Origin: a virus
Lineage: Duplodnaviria > Caudoviricetes
Virus record (IMG/VR): IMGVR_UViG_3300022719_000035
Span: 2,776 to 66,775 of that record
DNA length: 64,000 nucleotides
Direction: 5' to 3' (one strand)
The notes below the pieces were generated by a model that searched no databases, was not told the DNA's origin, and saw nothing but the letters and a program-made list of their open reading frames with translations. Within the stretch, counting starts at the first letter, position 1, and each line of letters begins with the position of its first letter. Made by a program: the position numbers and the translations under genes. Shown here in pieces: positions 36,032 to 46,214 of the stretch.

Positions 36032-37575
36032 TTAGTAAACACGCAGTGCGAGAGCTTTTGCGGCGGCCGCGCGAAGATTACTCTTTTCTAAAGCGTTTAT
36101 CGCGGCAAAAGATGGAAAATCATGTAGGCGCGTTGATTGAAGGCACTTCATTTCAATTCAAAACGGAACCGTTTCTGCATCAGCTAACTTCGTTTTACGC
36201 TGGCGCTTGCCTGGATAACTTTCTTTTCTTCTTAGATATGGGACTAGGTAAGTCAAAAATCTTGCTTGATCTCATGCAGTACAAAAAGCTTACTGCCGGA
36301 GTAAATAGAACACTGGTGCTCGTGCCCTCAGTGATTAACTTAGAAGGCTGGCAAGAAGAAGGCGCGTTACATTCGACGTTAGAAGTAGTGCCTATGTTCG
36401 GCGATAGCGCAACGCGCTGGCGTTTGCTTGAAGAGCGCGGCGATGTGTTTGTGCTCACGTATGCAGGTTTGCTCTATATGCTGTGCGGATCGAAGCGCAC
36501 GAAAGTAAGCAAGAAAATGAGTTTGAACACAAAGCTAGTGCGTAAGTTCTGCGGTTATTTCGATGCGTTTGCTGCTGATGAATTGCATAACGCAAAAAGC
36601 TCGCAGTCGCTTACACACAAAGCGTTAGAAAAATTGAGTAATGCGTTGCTGATTCGGTATGGCGCAACGGCTACACCGTTTGGGCTTGATCCGATTGATC
36701 TATGGGCACAGTTCTACGTGATTGATCGCGGCGAAACGCTTGGCGAAACGCTTGCACTATATCGGCAGGCTATGTTTGTGCAGCGCGCAGGGTATGGCGG
36801 ATTTCCTAAATGGGAGTTTGATGACCGCAACATAAAACGGCTGCATCGTTGGCTGCAGAATCGATCGATACGTTATGAAGATGAGGATTGCTCTGATTTG
36901 CCAGCGCGCACTGATCAAGTAGTGAAAGTAGGATTGTCACCAGACGCAGTAGCGCACTATGAAACTGTATTGCGCGGGTTCGTTGTTGCAAAAGGAGATC
37001 GACAGCAGTTACAGGCTACGTATGCGAAGGCTAGACAGATCTGCTCTGGCTTTTTGCAGCTAAATGGTGAAGACAGCATGAAAGAAGTTATCCCATTCAA
37101 AGATCCGCCAAAGCAAGAAGCGTTGTTAGAGTTAGTGCGCAACATGCCGCGCGGTAGAAAGATGATCGTATGGCATGAGTTTCAACAATCAGGAAGACTG
37201 ATCGAAGCAGCGTTAAAGAAAGACAATGTTCGGTTTGTTGCAGCACGCGGCGAGACAGACACGTTAGCTGCGATTCGCGAATTCAAAAAGAATCCTAAGT
37301 GCCGCGTGTTGGTGATGAACTATGCATCTGGTGCTGAAGGCGGCAACTTTCAGGCTGCGAATTATGTTGTTTGCTGGGATCTCACAGACAAGTACATTAA
37401 ATTCCGCCAAGCGATGAAACGTTGTTGGCGCACCGGGCAAACGCAGCGCGTGCACTTCTATTACTTGCTCGTACATTGGAGCAACTCTGTTGATTTGAAA
37501 ATCAAGCAAGCACTAGACAACGGCAAGGATATGTTTACTGAAGTTGTCGAAGGTAGAGAAAACTTCAATGATTGA
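36028..37575 (+). CDS. SNF2-like SF2 helicase/translocase
   Basis: DMGLGKS, ADELH, ATATP, GAEGGNFQ and QAMKRCWRTGQ motifs. Confidence 0.85.
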   Translation: MISKHAVRELLRRPREDYSFLKRLSRQKMENHVGALIEGTSFQFKTEPFLHQLTSFYAGACLDNFLFFLDMGLGKSKILLDLMQYKKLTAGVNRTLVLVPSVINLEGWQEEGALHSTLEVVPMFGDSATRWRLLEERGDVFVLTYAGLLYMLCGSKRTKVSKKMSLNTKLVRKFCGYFDAFAADELHNAKSSQSLTHKALEKLSNALLIRYGATATPFGLDPIDLWAQFYVIDRGETLGETLALYRQAMFVQRAGYGGFPKWEFDDRNIKRLHRWLQNRSIRYEDEDCSDLPARTDQVVKVGLSPDAVAHYETVLRGFVVAKGDRQQLQATYAKARQICSGFLQLNGEDSMKEVIPFKDPPKQEALLELVRNMPRGRKMIVWHEFQQSGRLIEAALKKDNVRFVAARGETDTLAAIREFKKNPKCRVLVMNYASGAEGGNFQAANYVVCWDLTDKYIKFRQAMKRCWRTGQTQRVHFYYLLVHWSNSVDLKIKQALDNGKDMFTEVVEGRENFND

Positions 37576-38560
37576 TCTTCAAGATTTGCTATCACGCAAT
37601 GGCGTGCATTTTGCGCTAGCAGGCAAGAATGTAAAGCGTGGTAATCTTAATGTGAAGTGTCCGTTTTGCGGCAATGCGGATCCATCAGAGCATATGGGGA
37701 TCAGCCTAGAAACGGGCGTATGGGGTTGCTGGCGAAACAACCAGCATCGCGGGCGCAATCTAGCTTACTTAGTAAAGCACTTGCTGCGCGTTTCGATGCG
37801 CGAAGCAATGCGCTTGACGAAGACACGAAGCGTTGCCGAAGAGACTGTATTAGACGCGCTCGCAACCGATGAGTATTTCGCAACTAAGGCTGTAGTAACG
37901 CGCAGTAGCAGCCTAAGAACATTGCTGCGGCCTAAACAGTTTCGATCGTTTTTTACGTACAGAGCAGCCGCAGTGCCTTATTTGGGGTACTTGTCGCTGC
38001 GCGGCTTTGCTGTGCGCGATGTAACTAAGTTAGTGCGTATGTTTCGATTGCGCTATGCAATTAGCGGTAGGTATGCGCATCGTGTAGTGATTCCGGTATA
38101 CGTAGATGACTTGTTCGTTACTTGGACAAGCCGTGCGATATCGAACGATGCAGAGTTGCGTTATTTAGCTGCATCGGCGAGTGAGTCAACGCTCGATATT
38201 AAAGATACGGTTTACAACTTCGATGGTGCAGTGCGCGGCGGTAGTACGTTGTTTATCGTTGAAGGCCCGATCGATGTATGGAAGATGGCTTACTTCGGCG
38301 CAGCACATGATTGCTCGGCTGTTGCGCTCTACAACATGAATCTAGAGATGCCGCAATTGTACTGGCTTAGCTTGCTTTGGCCATACTTCGATCGTGTGCG
38401 TGTAGTGCTGGATGCAGGCGAGCTTGATTCTGCTTTTCGTGTCTGCGATTCGTTGAGTGTCTTAGGCGGTGACTTGGATTTTCTCATGCTTGAAAGCGTA
38501 GACGATCCTGGTGATCTTACGCGTGCACAAGTACAGGAACTTTGTACTGCGGTTATTTGA
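37568..38560 (+). CDS. DNA primase (Zn finger plus TOPRIM)
   Basis: CPFC...H...WGCWR Zn finger; IVEGPIDV and LDAGE TOPRIM motifs. Confidence 0.8.
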   Translation: MIDLQDLLSRNGVHFALAGKNVKRGNLNVKCPFCGNADPSEHMGISLETGVWGCWRNNQHRGRNLAYLVKHLLRVSMREAMRLTKTRSVAEETVLDALATDEYFATKAVVTRSSSLRTLLRPKQFRSFFTYRAAAVPYLGYLSLRGFAVRDVTKLVRMFRLRYAISGRYAHRVVIPVYVDDLFVTWTSRAISNDAELRYLAASASESTLDIKDTVYNFDGAVRGGSTLFIVEGPIDVWKMAYFGAAHDCSAVALYNMNLEMPQLYWLSLLWPYFDRVRVVLDAGELDSAFRVCDSLSVLGGDLDFLMLESVDDPGDLTRAQVQELCTAVI

Positions 38561-38570
38561 GGGAGTGATT

Positions 38571-39689
38571 ATGAAAGATCAGAAGATAGCAGTATCAAGT
38601 TTTCGGAATGCTCTTAACACTGTTAAGCCTGCCTTGGCTTCAGATGTTGTGCTTCCGATTGTGTCTCATTTTTGTTTTGACGGCGATACTGTGTACGCAT
38701 ATGACGGTGTTAACGGTATTCGTGTGCCAATGCCGGAAGATGCGCCGAAGATACGCGGCGCAGTGCCAGGCAGTGCGTTGCTGAAACTTGTTGCGTCATT
38801 AGGAGGCTCTAGTATGGCGATATCTTCAGAGCAGGGGTATTTCCGCATTAAGTCTGGTCGCAGTTCCATGAAGCTGCCAATGCTGGATGCAGAATCTTTT
38901 ATTTGGGAAGCTTCTACGTTTGGCGAAGTGCAGCAAGAGATCCCGATTACGGCTGAGTTTATCGAAGGTTTGAAATTGTGCCTTTTGACAGTAGAAGATA
39001 CAGCACTGATCAAACACTATCGCGGTATAACTGCTGATATTACGAATGGACATATCACGTTATACAGCACGAACAACAACACACTATCTGTTTTTGATGT
39101 AGCGGCTTCTGCTATTGAAGCAGCCGAGCCGTTGTTGTTGCCACGCCGATTCTGTCAGTTGCTAGTCGATTGCTGCGGCGGTAAAGAAGGCCCAAGCGAA
39201 GGTATGACGTTAAGTATTGGTGATGGCTTTGTAGCGGTTACTGATCCTACTCTGCTGGAAGAGCACTTTTTCCTAGTAACGTCAGTTATAGAAGGCGCGA
39301 AGCCTTCAGATTTTGAAGAAGTGTTAGAGCATTACTTACCGAAGAAGAAGAAAGCCCCAACGTTTCCAGTCAACGATTCGTTTACTCGTGCATTGAAGCG
39401 CGCAGTAGCTATCTTGAGTGATGAAGCAGTAAAGACTACTGCAGTTGAAATTAGCGGCACAGAGATAACGTTTCGTACAAGTTCAAGTATGGGCGATGTG
39501 CGTGATCGCGTTGTGTTTCGAGACGCAAAGCACGCAGCAAAAGAGACAGTGCATAAAGTAGTGCCTCCTGATTTGTTGCTGTCTGCTATGAGCGTATGCA
39601 ATCAAGTTCACTTTGCCGACAAAGTGATCGTTTGTAGTAGGGATGATATGTATAAGCAATTGGTTGTTTATTGCACCGATCAACAGTAG
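38571..39689 (+). CDS. dnaN: Bacterial-type sliding clamp (DNA Pol III beta homolog)
   Basis: About 372 aa; LNTVKPALA...LPIVSHFCF...YAYDG...VPGSALLKLV and YSTN motifs parallel DnaN three-domain pattern. Confidence 0.75.
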   Translation: MKDQKIAVSSFRNALNTVKPALASDVVLPIVSHFCFDGDTVYAYDGVNGIRVPMPEDAPKIRGAVPGSALLKLVASLGGSSMAISSEQGYFRIKSGRSSMKLPMLDAESFIWEASTFGEVQQEIPITAEFIEGLKLCLLTVEDTALIKHYRGITADITNGHITLYSTNNNTLSVFDVAASAIEAAEPLLLPRRFCQLLVDCCGGKEGPSEGMTLSIGDGFVAVTDPTLLEEHFFLVTSVIEGAKPSDFEEVLEHYLPKKKKAPTFPVNDSFTRALKRAVAILSDEAVKTTAVEISGTEITFRTSSSMGDVRDRVVFRDAKHAAKETVHKVVPPDLLLSAMSVCNQVHFADKVIVCSRDDMYKQLVVYCTDQQ

Positions 39690-39698
39690 GAGACAGCG

Positions 39699-42332
39699 AT
39701 GGGATTCTTTTACACAGACGCGAGTGATGCAAAGAAGCCTAAGCGGCAATCTGTGAAAGGCGTTGATCGACTGCCGCCGGAAGTGATACGTAAAAAGTCA
39801 TGCGCGATATGTCCGCGCAAACCAACATGGAACAAGCTAAAGCATCCTAAATTTGAAACGTCAGTAGACAGGCAAGCAAAACGTGCGACAACGTATTATT
39901 TGCTCGCGCTGCAACCAAGCCAAGAAGATGATCGTATAGGCAATCCTTTAGGGAGTGAGGCTGTCTTGGAATATCTCGGCAGAACTGTTGAGGATTTGCT
40001 TTTTGATGACGGCTTTTGGGCAGAAGATATTGCAATTGGCTATGCCGCGCGCTGTTACTCAGAAGAGCAGCCATCCGAGCTAGTGTTAGCTACCTGCAGA
40101 AAGTATTGGGAAGATGACATTGCGCAACTGCAACCGGATGTTGTTGTCGGTTTTGGCGAAGCAGTTTTGAACTTAGTAACAGGCAGGAACGATATTCGCG
40201 CATGGGCAGGGCGCCGCATACCACTAAAGATTGCTGATCATGAGTGCTGGTTTTTCCCAGTGCTAGACGTTACTGAGATGCTGAGTTTGCAGCGCTATGA
40301 TCGCAACGATGAGCCGTTTGAGTCAGATAACGATCGTTGGTTTATCCAGCAACTTACCCAAGCACTGGACGATCGTTTGCCAAATGAGATCCCTTACTTA
40401 GGCGATTACACGCTTGAGCAGCACTTAGAGGATTGCGATTGGGTTTTCGGCAATAGCGCTAGTGATTTTCGTAAGATTGAAAAATGGCTAGCGGATTTTG
40501 CTGATTGTGATGTGTTAACGATCGATTACGAAACACAGAATTTAAGGCCCTATCGTCGCAAGTCTGATGCGCTGCCTAGCTCGCTGTTGACTGTAGCGTT
40601 AGGTGCTGCAGATAAGACGGTAGCGTTTCCATTATTGCATCCGGAAAGCTGGCAAGGTTTAAGCAAGCTACAGAAGAAGCTAATGCAGTTGTTTGGCGAG
40701 TTTCTGCAACACTCAAAATTGAAAGTAGCGCATAACCTAGAGATGGAGCAGGAATGGTCACTGTACTATTGGCCAGATGATTTTGCTGCGAGCGGGTTAT
40801 GGGACGATACGATGGCGCTAGCTTATTTGCTAGATGAGCGGCGCGGTGGCGGTGTGTTGTCACTTGATGCGCTTGTATACCAACATTTCGCGGTTAACTT
40901 AAAGCAATACTTTCAGCACCTAGACAAAGCGCGAATGTCAGAGATGCTGCTTGCTGATGTGCTGCCGTATAACGCGCTGGATTCAAAGTACACGCTACTG
41001 CTTTATGACCAATTAGATGCAACGCACGCACTGCCAAAAAACCAATCACTAAGTTGGCTGCGGCAGCATCATTCGCGTTTAGCTTCAACAATTTCGTATA
41101 TGCACGCTGAGGGCGTGCTTGTAGATCAAGCGAAAGTTAAGAGCATCGCAAAAGATCTTGCGCAGCAAGTTGAAGGCTTGAAGACTGCCTTTTTCGATCT
41201 AGAAGAAGTACAGGCGTTTAAGAAACGTACATCGCGCACGTTTAACCCAGACTCAGATGATGATGTGTTCTATGTGCTTGGTGAGATTCTGCAAAGAGAT
41301 GAAATTTTCGTAGATCGCGGCAAGGGCAAGAGTGCAGATGCTGCAGTGCTGCGCAGCATTCCAGCGAACATATCGAAACTACCAGAATTGTTGCTCGAAT
41401 ACCGTGAAGTAACTAAGTTGCAGTCAACGTACATTACGCCAATCGATGGCTATATTGCGGAAGATGGTCGCATTCATGCTTCGTTCAACTCAAAGCTTAC
41501 AGGCACGGGGCGCTTGTCTTGTTCTGATCCGAACCTGCAGAATTTTCCGAGTAGAAAAAACAAGTTTGTGCGTTCAATGATTATTGCGCCGCCTGATCAT
41601 GTGATGATGTGCGCTGATTATGGACAGATTGAAGCGCGCGCGATTGCAATGTTGACTGAAGATCAGGCTTTCTGCGAGGCACTATGGAACGGCGACGATG
41701 TGCATATGGATTGGGCGTTGCGCATTCGCGAAGTTGCTGGCTACGCATTCGATCTACACGCTGAGCGCGCGGGTATAACTAACGAAGAAGAAGCAATACA
41801 GGCGTTTCGATCGAAGATTAAGAATAGCTGGGTTTTTCCATTGTTCTTTGGCTGCTCGCTGCAAACTGCTGCGCGGTATACAGGCGCTGATGCGGATGAT
41901 GTTATGGACGTTTTTAATGAGTTCTGGGATACGTTTGCCGGCGTCAAAAAATGGCAACGCCGCTTAGCGGATTACTACCGGGAGCATCTTTATGTAGAAA
42001 CACTTACTGGCCGGCGCCGCCGTTTTTCTAAGTCTGCGTTAGCACTTGGCTATAACGATCTCATCAATGCACCAGTGCAGGGCACGGCTTCTGATCTTGT
42101 CACTGACGCAATGAATCGCGTATCAGAAGAAGGGTATCGCGTTGTTAAGAATATCCATGATGATCTTGTGAGCTACGTTAAACAGGCGCGCTTGAAGCGC
42201 ACTGCGAAAAGCTTAGCTAAGTTGATGTGTGCTACTGAATTTGATTGGGTCAATGTGCCGTTGTCTGTTGAGATTACGGCCGGACCGAATTGGTATGAAC
42301 AACATGAAGTGCTTACTTATGAGAGTAAATAA
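39699..42332 (+). CDS. polA: Family A DNA polymerase with N-terminal UDG-4-like domain and 3'-5' exonuclease
   Basis: TGRLSCSDPNLQN, ADYGQIEAR (motif A), KNSWVFPLFFG (B), IHDD (C); Exo DYET/HN/YNALD; UDG-fold Cys pattern. Confidence 0.95.
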   Translation: MGFFYTDASDAKKPKRQSVKGVDRLPPEVIRKKSCAICPRKPTWNKLKHPKFETSVDRQAKRATTYYLLALQPSQEDDRIGNPLGSEAVLEYLGRTVEDLLFDDGFWAEDIAIGYAARCYSEEQPSELVLATCRKYWEDDIAQLQPDVVVGFGEAVLNLVTGRNDIRAWAGRRIPLKIADHECWFFPVLDVTEMLSLQRYDRNDEPFESDNDRWFIQQLTQALDDRLPNEIPYLGDYTLEQHLEDCDWVFGNSASDFRKIEKWLADFADCDVLTIDYETQNLRPYRRKSDALPSSLLTVALGAADKTVAFPLLHPESWQGLSKLQKKLMQLFGEFLQHSKLKVAHNLEMEQEWSLYYWPDDFAASGLWDDTMALAYLLDERRGGGVLSLDALVYQHFAVNLKQYFQHLDKARMSEMLLADVLPYNALDSKYTLLLYDQLDATHALPKNQSLSWLRQHHSRLASTISYMHAEGVLVDQAKVKSIAKDLAQQVEGLKTAFFDLEEVQAFKKRTSRTFNPDSDDDVFYVLGEILQRDEIFVDRGKGKSADAAVLRSIPANISKLPELLLEYREVTKLQSTYITPIDGYIAEDGRIHASFNSKLTGTGRLSCSDPNLQNFPSRKNKFVRSMIIAPPDHVMMCADYGQIEARAIAMLTEDQAFCEALWNGDDVHMDWALRIREVAGYAFDLHAERAGITNEEEAIQAFRSKIKNSWVFPLFFGCSLQTAARYTGADADDVMDVFNEFWDTFAGVKKWQRRLADYYREHLYVETLTGRRRRFSKSALALGYNDLINAPVQGTASDLVTDAMNRVSEEGYRVVKNIHDDLVSYVKQARLKRTAKSLAKLMCATEFDWVNVPLSVEITAGPNWYEQHEVLTYESK

Positions 42333-42405
42333 GAGTCTGCAGTGACAGCGAATCCTGCTGCGCGGATCACTGTTTTGGAATGTCGTTGCATAAGAGGATT
42401 AATCA

Positions 42406-43380
42406 ATGGATTTAGCCGCTTTAGTACGGCCGACTTCGTTACATGAAGTAGTAGGACAACAACATGTTTGTAAGTCACTTGAAGGCTTGAGCGCTAGCGA
42501 AGCGATGCCGCATGCAATGTTGTTTCATGGACCTTCAGGCACTGGCAAAACAACTGTAGCGCGTGTTGCTGCAAATATGCTCGGGATTACTGCCGGCAAC
42601 TTGATCGAAGTTGATGCGGCTAGCGCATCAGGCGCTGCTGATATGCGCGCTGTTGCTGATATGTGTGCGTATCGCGCGATGGGCGGTACCGGGCGCCGTA
42701 TGGTGATCGTTGATGAATGCCATAGTCTTTCTAAACAAGCATGGCAAGTGCTGTTAAAGCCGATCGAAGATGCTGCTGAATATCAGTATTTCGTGTTCTG
42801 TACGACTGAGCCGGATAAGGTTCCAAAGACGGCTAAAACGCGCTGCCACGAATACCCGTTTAAGCCAGTAGGCGACGATGACTTGTTGGGTTTGCTGGAT
42901 GAGATTTGCGCAGCGAATGATCTGCTTACAAACGCATCAGAAAAAGATGTAGGTGCTGTTTTCGATTTGATTGTAGAACGCAGCGAAGGTAGCCCAAGAC
43001 AAGCGTTAACGTATTTGTCGCAAGTTGCGCACGCTAAAGACTATGACGATGCAGCGCAGATGATCGAAAGCGCAGAAGCAGCGAGCGCAGAGGCAGTAGC
43101 ACTGTGCCGGCATCTGTTTAAGACAGCAGGCACTGATGCAACGCGCGGTTTCCGCGATGCGTTGCGTATTGTTAGTCGCCTTCAAGGTACTAGTGCTGAG
43201 TCGGTACGATTAGTGATGTGTAGTTATTTTTCTACTGTTGCGTTGAAAGACGCAAACGTAACTGCAGTCGATATCTTGTCTGTGTTTTCGGGCAAGGCAT
43301 ACAACCAGTCAGAAAAATGGGCACCGCTGATTGTCGATTTAGCAGAGTTCTACTTAGGAGGCGCGCGTGATAACAATTAA
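42406..43380 (+). CDS. Clamp-loader AAA+ subunit (DnaX gamma/tau-like)
   Basis: RPTSLHEVVGQQH, GPSGTGKTT, VDECH, LLKPIED, TTEPDKV, GSPRQA motifs. Confidence 0.85.
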   Translation: MDLAALVRPTSLHEVVGQQHVCKSLEGLSASEAMPHAMLFHGPSGTGKTTVARVAANMLGITAGNLIEVDAASASGAADMRAVADMCAYRAMGGTGRRMVIVDECHSLSKQAWQVLLKPIEDAAEYQYFVFCTTEPDKVPKTAKTRCHEYPFKPVGDDDLLGLLDEICAANDLLTNASEKDVGAVFDLIVERSEGSPRQALTYLSQVAHAKDYDDAAQMIESAEAASAEAVALCRHLFKTAGTDATRGFRDALRIVSRLQGTSAESVRLVMCSYFSTVALKDANVTAVDILSVFSGKAYNQSEKWAPLIVDLAEFYLGGARDNN

Positions 43381-43849
43381 AGAAGCACGAAAACTTTTAG
43401 CCATTGATCGCGACGATCTGGACACTGCGATTATGGATCAACCAGTAGTTTACGCTGAAGTTGCGTTAAAGCGCGTTGAAGCAGAGAGTCGCCGCGATCG
43501 CGCAAAGGATTCGATAAGTTTAGCTGAGTCGCGTGCGTATATTCGGTTGCGCACTAACGCAGAGAAAGGAACAAGCGAAACTGAGTTGAAATTCAGAGTG
43601 CAAAAGGAATCCAGTGTTGTCGAAGCACACGATGACTATCGCAAGCATAAAGAAGATGCAGCGCAATGGCTTGCGGTTGAAGAAGCTTTCAGACAGCGCG
43701 GCTTTATGCTTCGTGAACTCGCGCGGATGTGGGCCGCTGAGCACTACGAATCTGATTCAGTATCTGGACAGCTAAAGCAGCACAAAAAGGATCGCGTTCG
43801 TGTGCAAGAAGCTACTAAAGCAGCAAGACGAAGTAGGAGCAACGCATGA
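43367..43849 (+). CDS. UvsY-like recombination mediator
   Basis: Helical; LAIDRDDLD...AFRQRGFMLRELA; sits before SSB and RecA as in T4-type modules. Confidence 0.6.
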   Translation: MITIKEARKLLAIDRDDLDTAIMDQPVVYAEVALKRVEAESRRDRAKDSISLAESRAYIRLRTNAEKGTSETELKFRVQKESSVVEAHDDYRKHKEDAAQWLAVEEAFRQRGFMLRELARMWAAEHYESDSVSGQLKQHKKDRVRVQEATKAARRSRSNA

Positions 43850-44004
43850 TCGAAACAATAAAGGAGGCTATTTACTACGGAGTTCTGTATGTCGGATTTT
43901 TGTTGATCTTGTGTGTAACGGTGCGCGCACTTACTGATTGCGTGCTGCGCGCTTATGAAGAGTCACTCAGACGGAGGAAACGAAATGGCAAAGACTCGTA
44001 TTAA
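43846..44004 (+). CDS. Small single-TM protein (below ORF-track cutoff)
   Basis: ATGA overlap; MIETIKEAIYYGVLYVGFLLILCVTV...; GGAG RBS. Confidence 0.45.
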   Translation: MIETIKEAIYYGVLYVGFLLILCVTVRALTDCVLRAYEESLRRRKRNGKDSY

Positions 44005-45121
44005 GTCCAGGCGCGGCGGTAGTAGTAAGGCGCGTAGTAGCGGCGCAAAGAGCAGCCGTCGCTTTAAACAGCTAGACGCTGATTCAGCAAAGCAACGCGC
44101 AGCACAAGGCACAAGAGGGCAGCGGCAGCGTTTTTTGAACTCGGATTATCCGATCTACATACCGGGCGAGAAAAACAAGATCCGTATATTGCCGATGCCG
44201 GAATCGGCGGGTGATGAGTACACACATTACGCAGTTGATGTGCCGATTCATTACGATGTAGGTCCAGACGGGCTGCAGGTAATGTGCGTTGAACGCGCGT
44301 ATGGCGAAGAGTGCCCGATCTGTATTGAGATGCGTGAAGCAGAATCAGAAGGAGACGAAGAGCACGCACGTAACTTGCGCGCTAATGTGCGGCCAGTTTG
44401 TTTCATCGTTGATCGCAACGCAGACGATCCCGACACTGTGAAAATTTGGCCAATGCCTGCATCGCTTGACCAAGATATTATCTCGGCTGCTGTTGATGAT
44501 GAATCGGGCGAAGTGCTGCCGCTAACCGATCCGTATGACGGGTACGACATAACGTTCACGAAAACGGGCAAGGGAAAGCACACGAAATACGGCATTCCGA
44601 AGATTGCGCGTCGGCCAAGCCCGGCAATATCTGATAGCGGTTCGTTGGATGATGTGCTGGATGAAATCGAGCGCAAGCCAATACCAGAGTTGTTGCAGAA
44701 GCCGGACCCTGATTGGCTTGAGCGCGTATTTACCGGCAAAGCACAGAAGCCGGGTGCTAGTAGAGATCGATCACTGCAAAGCCGTAATCGCAGCAAAGAT
44801 ACGGAAGACGATTCTGAGTCCGAAACGTTGAGCTTTGCTGATCTCGAGGCTATGGATTTCGATGAGTTGTGCGAAGTGATCGAAGAAGAAGGGATTGCGG
44901 ATGAAGTTGATCCTGAAGATTTCGATGAAACAGATGAGCTTGCGGAAGCAGTCGCCGAAGCATTGGGGTTAGAGAAGAAGAAAGCAAAGCCGAAAGCGCG
45001 TAAGCGTCCAAAGACGCGCGACGATGACGAAGACGATGATGAAGACGATGACGAAGACGATGACGATAATGATCGCGCAGCGCGTATGCGCAAGCGCAAT
45101 AAGCGCACGCGCCGACGTTAA
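43985..45121 (+). CDS. ssDNA-binding protein (T4 gp32-like) with acidic/basic tail
   Basis: KIRILP...HY...C...CPIC, KIWPM, DPYDGYDITFTKTG; GGAGG before ATG 43985. Confidence 0.8.
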   Translation: MAKTRIKSRRGGSSKARSSGAKSSRRFKQLDADSAKQRAAQGTRGQRQRFLNSDYPIYIPGEKNKIRILPMPESAGDEYTHYAVDVPIHYDVGPDGLQVMCVERAYGEECPICIEMREAESEGDEEHARNLRANVRPVCFIVDRNADDPDTVKIWPMPASLDQDIISAAVDDESGEVLPLTDPYDGYDITFTKTGKGKHTKYGIPKIARRPSPAISDSGSLDDVLDEIERKPIPELLQKPDPDWLERVFTGKAQKPGASRDRSLQSRNRSKDTEDDSESETLSFADLEAMDFDELCEVIEEEGIADEVDPEDFDETDELAEAVAEALGLEKKKAKPKARKRPKTRDDDEDDDEDDDEDDDDNDRAARMRKRNKRTRRR

Positions 45122-45136
45122 GTAGTCTTCTGGTTT

Positions 45137-45206
45137 AACGGACAGCGCCATAACACATTTTTTCGATGTGGCTCTTCCCGGAGCATGGCGCTGTCCGTTT
45201 TTTTTT
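45137..45206 (+). terminator. Branched terminator-like RNA structure
   Basis: 15-bp stem AACGGACAGCGCCAT/ATGGCGCTGTCCGTT enclosing two hairpins; ends in a T9 run. Confidence 0.75.
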
Positions 45207-45221
45207 GGGGAGAGCTTTCTT

Positions 45222-46214
45222 GTGGTACGAAAAAAGCTAAAGCGTGTTCGTGTCGGCATACAACCGAATGCCAGCGCTTATTTTGATGCGTTGAAGGCAT
45301 CGCTAACGTTTATTCCAACTGGCTCGCAAGCATTGGATCTAGTGCTCGGCGGCGGTTGGGCAGAAGGCCGGATCGTTAATGTTGTAGGCGACAAATCAAC
45401 AGGCAAAACACTGCTAGCAATCGAAGCAGCCGCTAATTTCATTCGCACTTTTCCGGATGGGATCGTGTATTACGATGATGCAGAGGCTGCTTTTGATGAA
45501 CCTTACGCTGAGATTATGGGGCTGCCGGTAAGCAGCGTTACGATGCTCGCTAGCGATCTAGTAGAAGATTTCAATAAGCAGTTAGATGCTGCAGTAACGC
45601 ACGCAAACAAGACGGGTAAACGTGCACTGTATGTGTTGGATTCTATCGACTCATTGAGTGATCTTGCAGAGCAGGGCCGAGAGTTTGAGAAGGGTAGCTT
45701 CGGTACAAAAGCTAAGCAAGTATCGGAGTTGTTTCGCCGACAAAAACGAAAGCTACGCGATGCTGGTGTTACGTTGCTCATCATTTCGCAAGTGCGAGAT
45801 AACATCGGCGTCACGTTTGGCCGCAAGCACAAGCGCAGCGGCGGCAAAGCGCTAGACTTCTACGCTTCGCAAGTGCTCTGGTTAAGTGAGAAGAAAAAGC
45901 TAGAGCGCACGCGCAACGGCGTTAAGCGCCCATATGGTGTGCTCATCATTGGCAAGTGCGAGAAAAATAAAGTTGGCTTGCCGTTTCGCAGATGCGAATT
46001 TCCAGTAGTATTTTATTACGGTTTGGATGACGTTGAATCTATGCGCTTATGGCTGCTGGAAAATAACTATAAGCAAAAGGCAGCGCTTGAACGGCTTTGC
46101 CGATCAGCCGCGAGTAAAGATGCGGATGCTTACGCAGAATTAGTGCGCGTATTACATGAGCACTGGAATGCTGTAGAGCAAACCTTCATGCCGAAAAGCA
46201 GAAAGTACTCATGA
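45222..46214 (+). CDS. recA: RecA/UvsX recombinase
   Basis: PTGSQALDLVLGGG, GDKSTGKT, DSID, QVRDNIG, GGKALDFYAS; GGGAGAG before GTG 45222. Confidence 0.95.
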   Translation: MVRKKLKRVRVGIQPNASAYFDALKASLTFIPTGSQALDLVLGGGWAEGRIVNVVGDKSTGKTLLAIEAAANFIRTFPDGIVYYDDAEAAFDEPYAEIMGLPVSSVTMLASDLVEDFNKQLDAAVTHANKTGKRALYVLDSIDSLSDLAEQGREFEKGSFGTKAKQVSELFRRQKRKLRDAGVTLLIISQVRDNIGVTFGRKHKRSGGKALDFYASQVLWLSEKKKLERTRNGVKRPYGVLIIGKCEKNKVGLPFRRCEFPVVFYYGLDDVESMRLWLLENNYKQKAALERLCRSAASKDADAYAELVRVLHEHWNAVEQTFMPKSRKYS

